From the human T2T-CHM13v2.0 reference genome, Homo sapiens, in NCBI RefSeq assembly GCF_009914755.1, contig NC_060934.1: 64,000 nucleotides of DNA; one strand, written 5' to 3'. Both the position numbers and the translations under genes were made by a program. Shown here in pieces: positions 36,306-52,945 of this stretch. A model generated the notes under the pieces. It did not search any database. It had not been told where the DNA came from and saw nothing but the letters and a program-made list of their open reading frames with translations. Positions within the stretch are counted from its first letter, which is position 1. Every line of letters begins with the position of its first letter.

Positions 36306-36919
36306 CCCTAAAACCTTCTCTTGCAGAGGGATTGACTCTAACCTAACACCCTCATCCCTCTCCCCCATTCACTGGCTCCTGCCACACAAATCTCCTGGCT
36401 GCGTCAAAGCTCACTACCCAAGCTCTGTCTCATCTTAGGGGTTTTACTACCATAAACCAGGTATATAAAGAAACTGTATTGAGTAGAAAATGAATGTTTT
36501 CTTTTCCTGTAAAAGAGTTTTATTTTTGTAATTATATTTTTATTTCTGTGTTCATTCATTTAGTATCTCTCTCCTCCACTAGACTATAATCTTCAGGAAC
36601 ACAGACATACATGTTCACCATTTTACAGCCTATACCCAGCACAGTGGTCAGGACAAAATCAGGTACAAAAGATATACACCAATGGCCCACTGAAACTTCA
36701 TTTTTTTCTAAATTCACAAGTATATATTGTAACACCAAGCTGGGATCTAAATGTTAGGATTATTGCCCAAATTACATTCCTTTGATCTCTAGGCCCCAGA
36801 AAGTACCATTCAACTCACCCATACCCCCTTATGCCTAGGCCCACAATCATCAAATTTAACAAAATATTTTGACTGGTCACTATGGTTTGTGGTAAGCTTA
36901 ACATAAATTCCCATTCCCT

Positions 36920-37410
36920 ATTGCACAAGAAAGAATTAACACAGGAGGCCTGACTGCTATCCTTAGAAAGGCCAGCTTGCAAGGCGGCCCTCCGTTGGTG
37001 TTTGGCAACTGGGATTTCAAGACGGTTCCCGTCATTCCTTAATGATAGTGGCTCCCCGTGCCTAGACTGTGCAAATGACATGGTTTATGCTGAACACTTC
37101 CTTTCCTTCTGGGAGTCTAGAATGTTGATATACACTAGGCTGAAGGTACCTATGTGACCTGCCCCCAGTAAACATCTTGTCTTGAATGAGCTTCCCTGGT
37201 AGGCAGTATTTCACACATATTTTAACAATCTGTTGCTGGAAAATTAAGTATATCCTATGTGGCTCCGCTGGCAGAAGACTCTTAGAAGCTTGTAGGTGGT
37301 GTCCTCTGAACTTTGTCCCATACACTTTTTCACTTTGCTTTTGTATTCTTTCACTGTAATACATCATTGCCTGCGTACTACTTTATGCTGAATCCTTTAA
37401 GTCCTCCTAG
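36920..37410 (+). mobile_element. ERV LTR (MER21-like)
   Basis: ggcctgactgctatccttagaaagg...tggtttatgctgaacac...ttctgggagtctagaat. Confidence 0.7.
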
Positions 37411-37426
37411 AAAAGAAATGAACCAT

Positions 37427-38677
<1,251 letters not shown>

Positions 38678-39149
38678 TGACACACTCTACCAGCAAAAAC
38701 AACTAAAAATCCAGACAATATATGTGAAACAATAGTTTCCAGGCATTGGACATCAGGCCCACAAGGGACAGTGATCCCTCAAAAAGAGGACACAAACAGT
38801 GGGCCCTATGGGCGCCCTAGCTTACTACACAGAAAGTTTCAGGGCTTTGGCACAGGGCAGGGGAACCAGGCAGGGCGGCTCAAGTTCACAGCACAGAGTC
38901 CTGGAGAAGAAAGTGGCCCAGAGAGACAGAAAGCTCTGAGAATCTGCAGGGGGTCCTCCCCGACCCCAGTCTTCAGCTGAGCAATGATGAGGGAAAAGAA
39001 TCTCCTGAAGAAATTACAGGCACCAACCCTCAAAACTCACACAGGACGAAGAAGAGAGCCCGTTTTCGCCAATGAGTGGGAAAAACCTCAGCATTCAGGG
39101 GCAGTAGGTAAAGTACTCAGAAGTGTACTGTGCCTCTGTAGTGGGGCAG

Positions 39150-39720
39150 AGTGGTTCTGAGAATGTTAACTCGAGGCAGTAAAATGTGACGCTGGATGAA
39201 GGCTGAAATGAGGCACTATGACCTAACATAGGATTAACACTGAGGCGTGGGCTCAGTGGAGGCTCAAATATACTACTGGGATGGCTCTAGGAAGTTTGGA
39301 AAAAATGATGGCCCACATTAAATGAAGTAGAGATGCCAGAACTGCTATGACAGACCATGACAGAAGGGATCTGAAGGCTCAGAGAATCAGGCCTGCTAAA
39401 CACGTCTATGTGCTATGTGTTACATCAGAAAACCAACCAGCTAACAGCGACCCTCGGGAGGGCCCACAGGACACTCCGTGTACCACGGCAATACTGAATG
39501 TGCTGATGGAGGCAGTGCCAGTTCTCTGTCCCCTTCTGGCCAGCACTGACAGTAGAAGATATTGCTATAGGTCTGGGCTTCTTAAGGACCAGGGAGGATG
39601 TTAGGATCACAGAACAGCAGAGGCCAGGTAGCAGCATTTAACATTCCAAGTCAATGAAACGTAGGAATGAGTATCAAAATCAAGATAGCATCCAGAGGCC
39701 CGACCCAGAATCTCTAGAGA
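39150..39720 (+). mobile_element. ERVL/MaLR internal (gag-related) fragment
   Basis: tggcccacattaaatgaagtagagatgccagaactg = WPTLNEVEMPEL; REGPQDTP...AI, typical of ERVL gag remnants. Confidence 0.65.
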
Positions 39721-40180
39721 TGGGTAACAAAACATGTTCCTAGGGGTGGCCCTTCCCTGGCTCTCATCCACCCCAGGGAAAGGTGAAAGTGATGACCCAG
39801 ATGGGGCAAAACTCATTAAGCCAAGGGAAACCATCCAGAGGGAAAGGACAGCTGGAGGTATTCGCTGCTGAGAAATGGGTGAAATGGCCTTATAAAGGGG
39901 TCTGGGTGAAGGGGTGAGGGGTATGAGGACAATATGACAAATAGAGGGATGAATTTCAGCAACAGAAAAAGAAAGAGACAAAAAGAAAGCAAGAAAGAAA
40001 AGAAAGAGACACCTTTTGGTCTAGTATGTTCCCTCTCCCACTTTCCTATCCCATCTTTTCTTCTTCTCCAGGCTCCCCTCGCTTCCTTTCAGTTCACATT
40101 TTCTCCACTACTCCCTAAATGAGCCATCAATTTAAAGGATGCTTTTTTCTTACATTTTATACAGAGCTTTATAATTTCTA

Positions 40181-40595
<415 letters not shown>

Positions 40596-41941
40596 CTAAG
40601 GCATTTTGTTGATAAAGCTAGTAAATTCAGTAGCTCCCACATTTGCTTATTATATATGACCACCCTTAGAAAAATTAAGTGCTACATTCTTTAATGGACC
40701 TATTGTATAGCTTGTATTAAATGAAGGATTTTCCCATTCATCTTTTAAATTGAAAGTCACTATGAATGGGACCCTACACAAGAAACTTTCCCCATCAATC
40801 ATGAATTAAACATGGTACAACACAGGAGTCAAAATTTCATTTCTCAAATATATAGTACTATGTAAAAACATATCCTGCTTTTCTAAGAATCACTTTTTGT
40901 TATAACTAGAATTAAGAAGCCCAAGAAATCATCTAATCAGTTTATAACATAAGAAAACTAAATCCAGAGCATTAACACACTTGCTCAGTCACACAACCAA
41001 GCAGCGGCAAAGTGACTAGTGAGTACTTGCCTCTACTCTCAAGCAAACTGTTTTCCCCAAAGTTGCGGAGGAGGTAGTATTTTTAAGTGCTTTTCTCTTT
41101 GCAATCAAGTCCAACTCTCATCAAGAAGCCAAGACAGATGGGTCGGCCATCCATTCATCCACACACCATTTAGACTGTTCCTTTAAATTCTTCCTTTTCC
41201 TTCAGAGATTTCCATTTTCTCTTTCTTATTCATTTAAACCTGATTTCACCCATCAACCAGAGCTCTCAGGCAGAATACCCTACTAGGGTATACTGGCCAA
41301 GTACCTACTAGGTCCTCTTAAGTTACAGATCCAGAAGCAGCTGGCTTGCTATTAACCATCAATGTGAACTAAAATTAAGGCAAATTGTTTACAATCCAAA
41401 CATAACCACTTTCCAGCTAAAAGCAATTATGCATATTGTTAAATGACAGTAATGATGCCACTTTTTAGAATTTTAACATTGAATTCTGCTCACATAGGCT
41501 CAATGTTTATAATTAGATTGCTTATATGACATGTTCACCAACTCACAATATATTTGTACATATATATCAGCAATGCTAAAGGTTTCAGTAACAGAGCAGA
41601 GGAAGAACATCAACTAATCAACACTACAAAAAGCGCCTAAAACTCACAGCCACTAATAGTTACTGCAAAACCTGATCTGCCCTTCGAAAGTGTTTTCCCA
41701 CCTTAGCTTTCTCTTCAATCTTTAGCTCTTCAGTACTGTGTATCTATCATTCCAGACATTCCTTTCATCTTTTCGTCCCCTTTCTGGCTCCTATTATCTC
41801 TTTTTCAGTCTACTTCTCTCCACTACTCCCTAAATTGGCCAGCAATTGGGAATGGGAGGGAAATATATAATTTACACATATATTTGCATATTATATCCAT
41901 ATAATTTTATTATTTACTCTAGATGTCTGATACATCTTTAG

Positions 41942-42271
<330 letters not shown>

Positions 42272-42775
42272 TGATGACTAGAACACTACATTATATCCTT
42301 CGGTAAAGAGAAGGCATCAAGCACCCAGACTTTGGAGTCTCACTCCCTGGGCCTGCGTGCTGCTCTGCACCTTCTTAGCTATGTGGCCCCGACAAGAGAC
42401 TTAAGCCCTTGTTTATCAGCTTCTTCGTCTGTAAAATGGGAATGTGATATTCATAGCATCTCTGTAGAGTTGGTTAAATAGTCTGACACATAGTTAAGTA
42501 CTCACTAAATATTACCTATTCTTCATCACTCACAAAATATTCAACTAACGTTCCTGCGGCATTTTTCATCATTTTAGAAGCTTGCTGTGAGGGGCAGAGA
42601 GAGGTGTTTTTTTTCCTCCCCTGCTGAAGGCCAATAGCTGTGATAGCTGCAATTCTGAAGCTTAGGTCAATGGTTCTCCAATACTGCTGGTGAAATACAG
42701 AAGCGGTCTGGCTGGATTTCTCCTAACAATGGTTAATAGGCCTCTGTCCTTTAATTCCCGTCCCCTTGCTCTCAC

Positions 42776-42904
42776 CTGCAAGATCCACCTGTGGAAAACC
42801 AGCCATCTGTGCATTTTGGCAATGCCCGTTGTGTCCCTGCACATATTAGTGTCTCTGCTCATCCCATATGCACCCTGCCCACCAGCAAGGTTTCCCTGTG
42901 CCAT
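42776..42904 (-). other. Candidate alternative first coding exon B of ARHGAP21 (unverified)
   Basis: ggaaATGG at 42904 (and gccaaaATG at 42814) open to CAG|GTGAGA at 42776 in phase 0; non-repeat context. Confidence 0.3.
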
Positions 42905-43444
42905 TTCCAGCTGATGTCTTATACACAAGGTGATGAGTGTGGAAGTGCGCCGCAAGCACGTGCAGAGAGAGCACTCACACAGCACACCCACAACGCTACA
43001 GAGAGGCTGGCCTGGAGGTCAAGCCAGGAAAAAAGCCAATTTAAAGTATTACACCTAGGCAAGGCAAAACCCTCGGAGTTCTCAGCCTAAAGTCCAATTT
43101 CCAGGCTCCCTAACTGATTAAAATAATAAGAATTAAAGATGGTTTCGATTTTTCCATTTATGTTAACAATGAAATATAAAACATGAAAAATTGAGGCTTT
43201 TCTTTATGATTAGGTATTCTGGATTAATTTAGGATCTTATCCAGTGGTTGCAAAAAAGAAGTACCATTTAGCCACTTAGAATTTTTCTACATAATTATTT
43301 AAATAATATGGTAAGTGGTAACACCATAATACTTTGCATTTGTCCTAATTTTTAAAAGGATGATACAATGTAAAGTAATATTTAAAGAAAAACAAATTAA
43401 GTACCTCTCAAAAATAACCTTTAACTCTCTTTTGGCCATTGAAG

Positions 43445-43605
43445 GCAGAGCTTTAATGTGTGGAAGAATCACCTGACGATCTTGTTAAACTGCAAATTCT
43501 GATTCCCTAAAGTCTAGAGTGAGACCAGAACATCCGCATTTCTTACAAGCTTCCCGGAGTGTAGATACTGCTGGTCAGTTCATAGACCACACTTAAAGTA
43601 GCAAG
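43445..43605. mobile_element. MER5A-like fragment
   Basis: agaatcacctga...cttgttaaactgcaaattctgattc...gcatttcttacaagcttccc...gaccacactt. Confidence 0.7.
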
Positions 43606-44751
43606 AATTTAAGGTACCTTAAGTGTCAAAAGGCCTATTTCCAATTTCCTAGCTTATCAACGTAAAGCCTCCGTCTACTGGTGTTAGAAGCAGCTGCTGA
43701 TTTTAACAGCTCTAAGGAACAGAGAACTAGGACACAATTTAACAAAACAGGAGGAGCGGAGGAGGAAGACAAGAGGAAGGAGCTTCAGGGAGAAAGCAGT
43801 AAAAATTAAAAAAAAAAATGCTCTATGCAGCCTCTCTTTCCCTCTTCCATTTGGTTTCCCCAGGGAGAGAGGGAACTTCACTAAGCTTGAGGCCTCTTTG
43901 GTGTGGGTATCTCCTTGTCGTTTCCAGTTCGAAGGATCCAATCTAGGATTCCTCCGGCTCTTCTTTCCTGAAATGGACTTATACAAAATGAGATTTCCAT
44001 TAAATAATAAAAATTTCCAATCATTTTACAACCTTCTTTCAAAGAAAAAAAAAAGTGCCTTCTTTAATGGCATGATTGTTTTTCCCTTTGTAATATCTTA
44101 AATTGGAACAGAACATTTCTCTGAGAAGGGAACATGTGAATAGAACCCTAAAGAAAGCAAAGCAGCAGGCTATGCAGAGATCTGAAATGAAAGTATTTCA
44201 GGAAGTGGGAACGGTGAGTGCAAAGGCCCTGAGATGAACAGCAAAGGAGGCCAGTGTGGTTAGAGAAGAATGACTAGGGTTTGAAAAGGAAGTAGAAACA
44301 GGGTACTGGAGATAATGAAAGAAGGGAACAAAATCTCTTCAGGCCCTTGGCTTTTATGCTAATATGGGCAGCCTCTGGTGGACTCTGGTAGAATACCATG
44401 TTCATGTTCTGATGTTTAAAATGATCATACTCGATGCTGAGCTGAAAACAGACCGCAGGCTGTATACAAGTATCTACAGAAGTGATAATGCCAGGATCTC
44501 CCATGCTTGATGCTCCCCAGTATTCCTTCTGAGTTCCCTATGTATGTGGCTGTGTAATAACAGCTGTCATTGGACTTGAAGGAAACCAAGAACTGGGATT
44601 ATGTGATATGCCATATATATGAAACCTTAATGCACAACTTCTTGTATCTGGCTCCATTATTACCAAACATTCAACCCCTATTTCTAAACACTGATTAGAA
44701 CATTTGAAATTTATCACACACCTTGGTGAGGGGGAGAAAATACTTCCGGTT

Positions 44752-45438
<687 letters not shown>

Positions 45439-46849
45439 TAAAAATAGTGTCACTATGACCCAGTAATTTCACCTCTAAGACTGTATCCTATGAAAATAAT
45501 CCTGAACAGGAAACAGTTTAAAACACAAAGATATTCACCACACATTATAAGAGCAGAACACTGGAAGCAATTTAAATGTTCAACAGATAAATGGTTTCAA
45601 TATATATACACACACACATAATACATAGTTTATATTATAGTGTATAATATTATACACTGTACTTTACACTCTATATTATATAGGCATTGAAAATGATGTC
45701 CTAAAATGGAAAAGTGTACATAATATTCCAACTTGTAAAACCCACACACAAACTAGACACACTGGGTGAAAAAAAATGGCAGTATCAATATATTAACAGG
45801 AGTTGAATTTGAAGGATTTAATTAAGTAAACCAATTTTAATTTTCCAGTTTTTACAAGTGACCATGCATTTGTAATTTTTAAAATTAAATTAATGGATTT
45901 TTTACTACCATCTCTTTACTTTTAATGTAAATCTCATATAACATCACCTATACCAACTTAGAATACGCTAATAATAATTGTAAGCATGTATTAAGCACTC
46001 AACACGCCAGCACTATGTTAAATGCTATATCCAGGTTATCTCATTTTAAACTTCACAACAATCCCTGATGTTGGTACTGTCAGAGAGGAGAAGGCAAGTA
46101 ACACTCAAGCCATACCACTGCCACAGAGCCAGGAACAACTCCAGGCCTTGAATTCAGTTCTTGGGCACTAAACTCTGCACTTTCAACTATAACACTATAC
46201 TGCCTCCATACAACAGTGGTAATATTTAATAAGTAATGTTACCTTGCAGAATTCTCAGTATGCAACCTGAGAAACATGATGGCCACTCTCCCACTTCCCA
46301 TGGTATCATTTCTTTTGTCTGTCTCCTTCAGTTGTTCTCCTTCCTTCCCATCCTGCCTTTTCTGCGACTTGTTTTCTCTCACCCATACTTCTTTCCGACC
46401 TATACCATAAGCTTTCCAAGGGTATCCGGCAGCATCCTTGATTACTGCTTAGCTTCAACGGTGAAACTCAAAGAAACCAAGTGCTGTCCTAAGTATTCCT
46501 ATAAACAAGAGGTTACACACTAAAAGCCTAGAGCCACATCTGGTCAGCAGATGTATTTTGCTTAGATCTCACTATTTTGAAAACCTTGAATTAGTCATCA
46601 ACATTTAAAAATTAGGACACGTTAACATGAAAATTCAAATTTTCAGCTTCTCTTGAAATCTAAATGATCTGACAACAGTGGGTACAACATGACAACAATC
46701 TCCTAAAGCCAAATCTCTAGTTATCCATGGTCTCCACCAGCCTCTATTGTCTAACCCCTGACTGTGATCCACTCACTTTCTTTACTCTTCAACTGCCTGG
46801 CTCCCAAAGTACTGATTTTGTGACCTCCACCAAATACTTTAAGTGGTGA

Positions 46850-47520
<671 letters not shown>

Positions 47521-49139
47521 TAAAAACTCTTCTTCTCAGACACATTGGCAACTAAATGGCTGATTATCAGACCTAAACCACAAGGATGGTAGCAACAACA
47601 ATCCTAGCAAAAAACCCCAGGCCAAGGCACATCCAAAAAAGCACTTTTGATATCGCTGGCTTACTGGATCAATGCACCCCTAGATTCTATTGCAACTCAA
47701 ATTAAATTCCTTTGGGATTACCCAGAATGAAGACGTCTTAAAAAGGTCTCAGACCTCAAACTAGAAAGTTTTCTGATGATGAGACTAACTAATGAGTTTA
47801 GTAATTGCTGTAAACTAGTCACTAAACGCTAAAAAATTTTAAGTTTCAGCTTCGTTAGGCTCCTGGTATTATGAATTTTACATGTTAAGATAATTCCAGT
47901 ATCTATCTTCTTTTATCCTCTTAGCAGCCATTCAAAATCCATATTTTTTACGGTAATGTAAATCCATTAGGCACAGACTAGAAAGTGCATTGAGGGATCA
48001 ATCTTACGGTGAAACAAACAGAGACTAAATGACCTTCTCCATCTCTGATTTCTCTGATACATTAGTCTATTATGCCCAGCCTAAACTATGAAAATATTTT
48101 TTCACCATTCCAGAATAGAGAAAACAGTACATAAAGAAAAGTATTGGACACCCCAAAGTACCACTGGGAACTAATTCCATATCATAAACGAAGAAGCTCA
48201 CATCACAGTTATGGAAGAACTGAGAAATGGTTGGGGCTGGGGCAAGCATGGTCAGTGTGCTTTATTTATCATTCATTGCTTTCAATTACATTTTCAACTG
48301 TTTTCCTTTTAAATTTCAAACAATATTAAATAACTTGTTTTTAGTAAGGAAGACAAATACCCACAAAGTGATGAATAACCTACGAGGTAAATAATTCATA
48401 GTTTTTAAAGATTCACTGATAACTGGAACAAAAGCTATCATTCACGTTGCTTTCTATTCTGTAAAAGAAGCCATTATGCTGAATTTGTACAATATTATCT
48501 ACGATTAACAACAAAGGTCTGATAATAACAATGTTGATCGAGGGATAAAGGGAAAAATAAGAGCTTTTGCTTCTTAGGGAAGAACACTCAAAAGCAGACA
48601 ATAGCTAACCTAGCAGATTTTCTCTATTGCAAAATAACCATTTTCTAAACAGACTAGTAATCAAAAAAGTTTTAAAAAGTACTTCCATTTAATCCCACTG
48701 TGAAAGAACTCAAGAACCATATTTCACTAAAACTGAAAAACTAGCTAAAAAGCAACTCACTCCAAAATCTTGCCTACTTTCTAATAAATACAATGTCAGA
48801 TGCCTTCAAAAATATGTAACATTTATGTTACAATTATATTGCTTTAATTGTTGGCCACTTTTAAGTAATTCATTCTAACTTCCCCTCCTCCACCACTTAA
48901 AGCTCTGCAAATAGTCTCATCTGTGCTACTTAAGAATTAACTTAATTCTTTTAAAGTAATTCAGATCATTAGATTTATCACATTAAACAGGTATTTTGAC
49001 AAAAAAAAAATTCTAAAAGATTACTTTCCTACTCTTACAAGAAGACAGTGTTTTTATATCCTGATTTACTTTTGCTTTATACATCATAGCAGTTTTGAAT
49101 TAAAAAGCAAATATATACATACACACTTATGAAACAAAC

Positions 49140-49223
49140 CTGACCACTCCATGCACAATACAGATTGCACAACAAACTCCAATTGTGGTTGATCATGCAG
49201 TCTAAAATCCTGAACTGGGCCAT
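49140..49223 (-). other. Candidate alternative first coding exon A of ARHGAP21 (MAQFRILDCMINHNWSLLCNLYCAWSGQ; unverified)
   Basis: Strong Kozak gcagtcATGG; 84 nt open to CAG|GTTTGT in phase 0; unique sequence with TGACTCAGC just upstream. Confidence 0.45.
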
Positions 49224-49999
49224 GACTGCCTATAGCACAGTCTGCATCTCTTCTCTGACTCAGCTTCTGTCAGCAGAGCAGCGGGGTTACGAGAGCTCTG
49301 CAGTGATGTGGTCCACAAATAAGATCTTCCCCTCCCTTTCCTGTCTAAGCAGCAATAGCTAACTGGCAGAACGACATCATCTTCCCAAATGTAGTTCCCA
49401 CCAGTACATTTAAATTATTAGATCATGAAGGAAAGTTTTCATAAAATTCTTACTGAGTATTTAACATTATTTAATTTGTAAAAGGTTATTGCTTTTTCCT
49501 TCTTTTCTGGGCATCTTTAGTCATTCAATGAAAACACAACCTGGGGAGGTGGTATATAAATCAATCAACTATGCTGGCTCCGGTCCACAGCAAACAAATT
49601 CCAACACAAGGCTGTGCCATCATCAATGACGCTCACACTGACTTGATCCCAAGGGTACCAAAGGGTACTCCGTCCTTTCTTAACCTCTCAGTAGCGCCAC
49701 ACAGAGCTAACAACTCCTTCAATGGCTCTCATCCTGGGTACCACAGTTCCAGTCTCTTTGTTCTCTTACTACTTCTTTAACTATTACTTCTTTGCAAAAG
49801 GCAATGTAGCAATGTGAGAAAAGCCTAGATCTTAATAAGACAGATGTATGACCAAGGAGGCTAAAGACTTATCCTTTAAGCTTCAAATCATTCATTTGTA
49901 AGATGGAGACATACCTTCACGAGGTTTAATCTGAAATAACATCTGTAACATGCTTAAAACAGTGTCTAACAGATATCTAATAAATGATTAATAGTTTCA

Positions 50000-50600
50000 A
50001 GATGATCACCCCTTTCTGTCTAAATCAGAATTCTATCCTTGACCTCCCTCTAATTTCTTACACTTCCATAGGTGAAGTCACCTCAACCTGTGATTTTAAC
50101 TATGAATTATTTCTAAAGCCCTCTTCAACACCACCCTTTCTCCCAAGCTCCAAATCTGCGTGACTAAACACTTGCTAAGCACATACACCTACATACTACA
50201 TGTCCAAAACTGAATTCATCACCTTCCCTCCAAACTTGCACGACCTCCTCTATTCCCTAATCTGCATAGTGGCTGTACAACTCATCCCCCTAGTCACCCA
50301 AACAGAAACCAGAGTCATCTTAGACTCCTCCTTCCTTACCTCTCATATCTAGCTACCAAATCATGTCACTTCTCCCAAAACATATAATGAACTGTCCTTT
50401 TTCCACTCTACCGGCACTGCCTAAATTCAGACCCCCATCAACTTTCTCCTGGATTATCACAGGGCATCTAGTTGGTCTCCCAAACATCCTGTCACCCCTC
50501 TCTGGAATCTTGTCTGTTCAGGACTAACAGAAGCACCTTTTAAACTAAAAGCTAATCATATGACTACTCTATAAATTCCTTCTGTTGCTCCTTTCTGCCT
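50000..50600 (+). mobile_element. L2 fragment
   Basis: catgtccaaaactgaattcatc; agaaaccagagtcatcttagactcctcc. Confidence 0.7.
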
Positions 50601-51055
50601 GTATACAGCAGTGTTTCCCAAGTATGTTCCTACTTGTTTTATAGGATGCAGAATATAAACTACAGTTAAGTAAAAAAAAGTCTTCAATAGCAAAATAAAT
50701 TTGAGAGAAGCTAGGTTAAACAATGCTGCTGCTGGAAGCTTGCCAAAGGCTAAATATAAAGATCAAATTCAAAGTCCTCAAAATCTGAAAACTGAGGCTA
50801 CTGAAAAGCTTGTTTCTAACTAGTTCGCCTTGGTGGCTGGTTTGTCGGCCTCTGTCCGTCCCTTAATTGGTGGTGTTCCTCAGATTCTGGACTTTGACCC
50901 TCTTCCCTCCCTCAATGACCTCATCAACTCCCAAAACTATAATTACCATAGATGCTGGCTTAATTGAACTCTGCCTAACTGACTTGCTAGACCAACCAAA
51001 ATTCTTGATTTCCTGGCTAATTCTTGAATACTGGCTGATCCCATGGCTCAACTCT

Positions 51056-52508
51056 ATTATTATTATTTGTACAAATTTATGGGGTATCATATGCAATTTT
51101 GTTATCTGCATAGATAGTGTAGTGGTCAAGTCGGCTTTTCGTATATTTATCACCCAAATAACACACACTGTACCCATTAACTAATTTATCGTCATTCACC
51201 TGCTCCCACTCTGTCACCCTTCTGAGTCTCCATTGTCTATCCTTCCACTCTCTACACCCATGTGTACAAATTTTTAGCACCCACTTATGAGCGAGAACAT
51301 GCAATATTCAACTTTCTGTGCTTGGTTTGTTTCACTTAAGATAATGTCCTCCAGTTCCATCCACATTGCTGCAAAAGATATAATTTCATTCTTTCTTACG
51401 GCTGAATAGTATTCCATGAATAGTCTTCCATTCCAAATATACCACATTGTCTTTGTCTATTCCTCCACTGATGGACACTTAGGTTGATTCCATATCTTTG
51501 CTACTGTGAATAGTGCTGCAACAAACATACAAGAGCAGATATCTTTTTGATAAGTGGATTTCTTTTCCTTTGAGTAGATTCCTAGGTCAAATGGTAGTTC
51601 CATTTTTACTTCTTTAAGAAATCTCCACACAGTTTTCCATAGAGGTTGTAACAAAGAAAAGAGAGAAGACCCAAATAAAAAAATCAGATATGAAAAAGGA
51701 GACGTTACAACTGATACCACAGAAATACAAACGATCATCAAAAACTATTATGAACAGCAATTATGCTCACAAACTAGAAAACCTAGAGGAAATGGATAAA
51801 TTCCTAGAAACATACAACCACTCAAGGTTGAACCAAGAAGAAATAGAAAACCTGAACACATCAATAACAAGTAGCAAGGCTCAATCAGTAATTTAAAAAA
51901 ATCTCCCAACAAAGAAAGCTCAGGACTAGATGGATTCACAGCCAAATTCTATCAAACATACAAAGAACTAAAAAGAACTAATACCAATCCTCCTGAAACT
52001 GTTCTAAGAAATCAAGGAATAAGGAATTCTCCCTAACTCATTCTATGAGGCCAGTATCACCCTGATACCAAAACTGGAAAAGGGGGCGGGCACTGCGTCT
52101 CATGCCTGTAATCCCCGCACTTTGGGAGGCTGAGACGACAGGACAGCTTGAGCTCAGGAGTTCAAGACCAGCTCAGGCAAAACAGTGAGACCTCATCTCT
52201 ACAAAAAAAATTTAAAAATTAGCCAGGTGTGATGGTGCATGCCTGTAGTCCCAGCTACTCAGGAGACTGGACAGAAAGACTGCTTGAGGCCAGCAGGTCG
52301 AGGCTACAGTAAGCCATGTTCATGTCACTGCACTGCAGGCTGGGTGACAGAGCAAAACCTTCTCTTAAAAAAAAAAAAAAAACAATCCAGACAAGGACAC
52401 AACAACAACAACAACAACAACAAAACCCTACAGACCAATATCCCTGACGCACACAGACACAGAAGTCCTCAACAAAATACCTGCAAACTGAATCCAACAG
52501 TACTGCAA
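51056..52508. mobile_element. Twin-primed L1MA: 3' end on minus (51056-51650) plus inverted ORF2 piece on plus (51651-52508), with an AluJ at 52085-52382
   Basis: TSD gctcaactct (51046-51055, 52509-52518); ORF2 peptides [14 protein letters not shown] (minus) and [19 protein letters not shown] (plus). Confidence 0.85.
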
Positions 52509-52781
52509 GCTCAACTCTTACAACTGGGAAGATAATCTAGACACTCAATTCTGCTCCCAACAAGTGACATTCAAGCTTAACATAAGTCAGTTTTATTTTT
52601 GCACATATCTCTTTATGTCTGTTTTGTGTTTGGTAATAATGTAATGTAGATGGTATGGAAACTGATGAAATATGGGTAAAAACAAAAGTTGTTCTTTCTG
52701 AGAAAACTAACTTGAGTACATTGAAAGGACTCAATAAAGGCTGTTGCTCACTTCTATATTTTTCCCTTCCTGGTCTTGTAG

Positions 52782-52945
52782 CTGAATAAGCTACAGCTAG
52801 GGAGAATATCCAGTATCTCTAGATATAAATATTCTAGATATACTATATGTAGAATCTCTAGATAGAGAGTATCTAGTGAGACATTAAATATTCTCCCTAG
52901 TATTCTAGAGATAATAGATATTCTCCCTAGCTGTAGCATATTCAG
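52782..52945. repeat. Inverted repeat, 42-bp arms with an 80-bp spacer
   Basis: 52782-52823 vs reverse complement of 52904-52945 match at 39/42. Confidence 0.9.

Noticed and set aside
46243-46498. Possible minus-strand cassette exon (tttatAG|GAATAC...GCAAG|GTaaca)
   Set aside because: 256 nt with an early in-frame stop; consensus pseudo-exons are common in long introns and there is no other support.
49225-49270. Faint resemblance to antisense 5S rRNA (gcctatagcac, ctcagcttctg)
   Set aside because: Only two short matches with wrong spacing; not a supportable RNA pseudogene.
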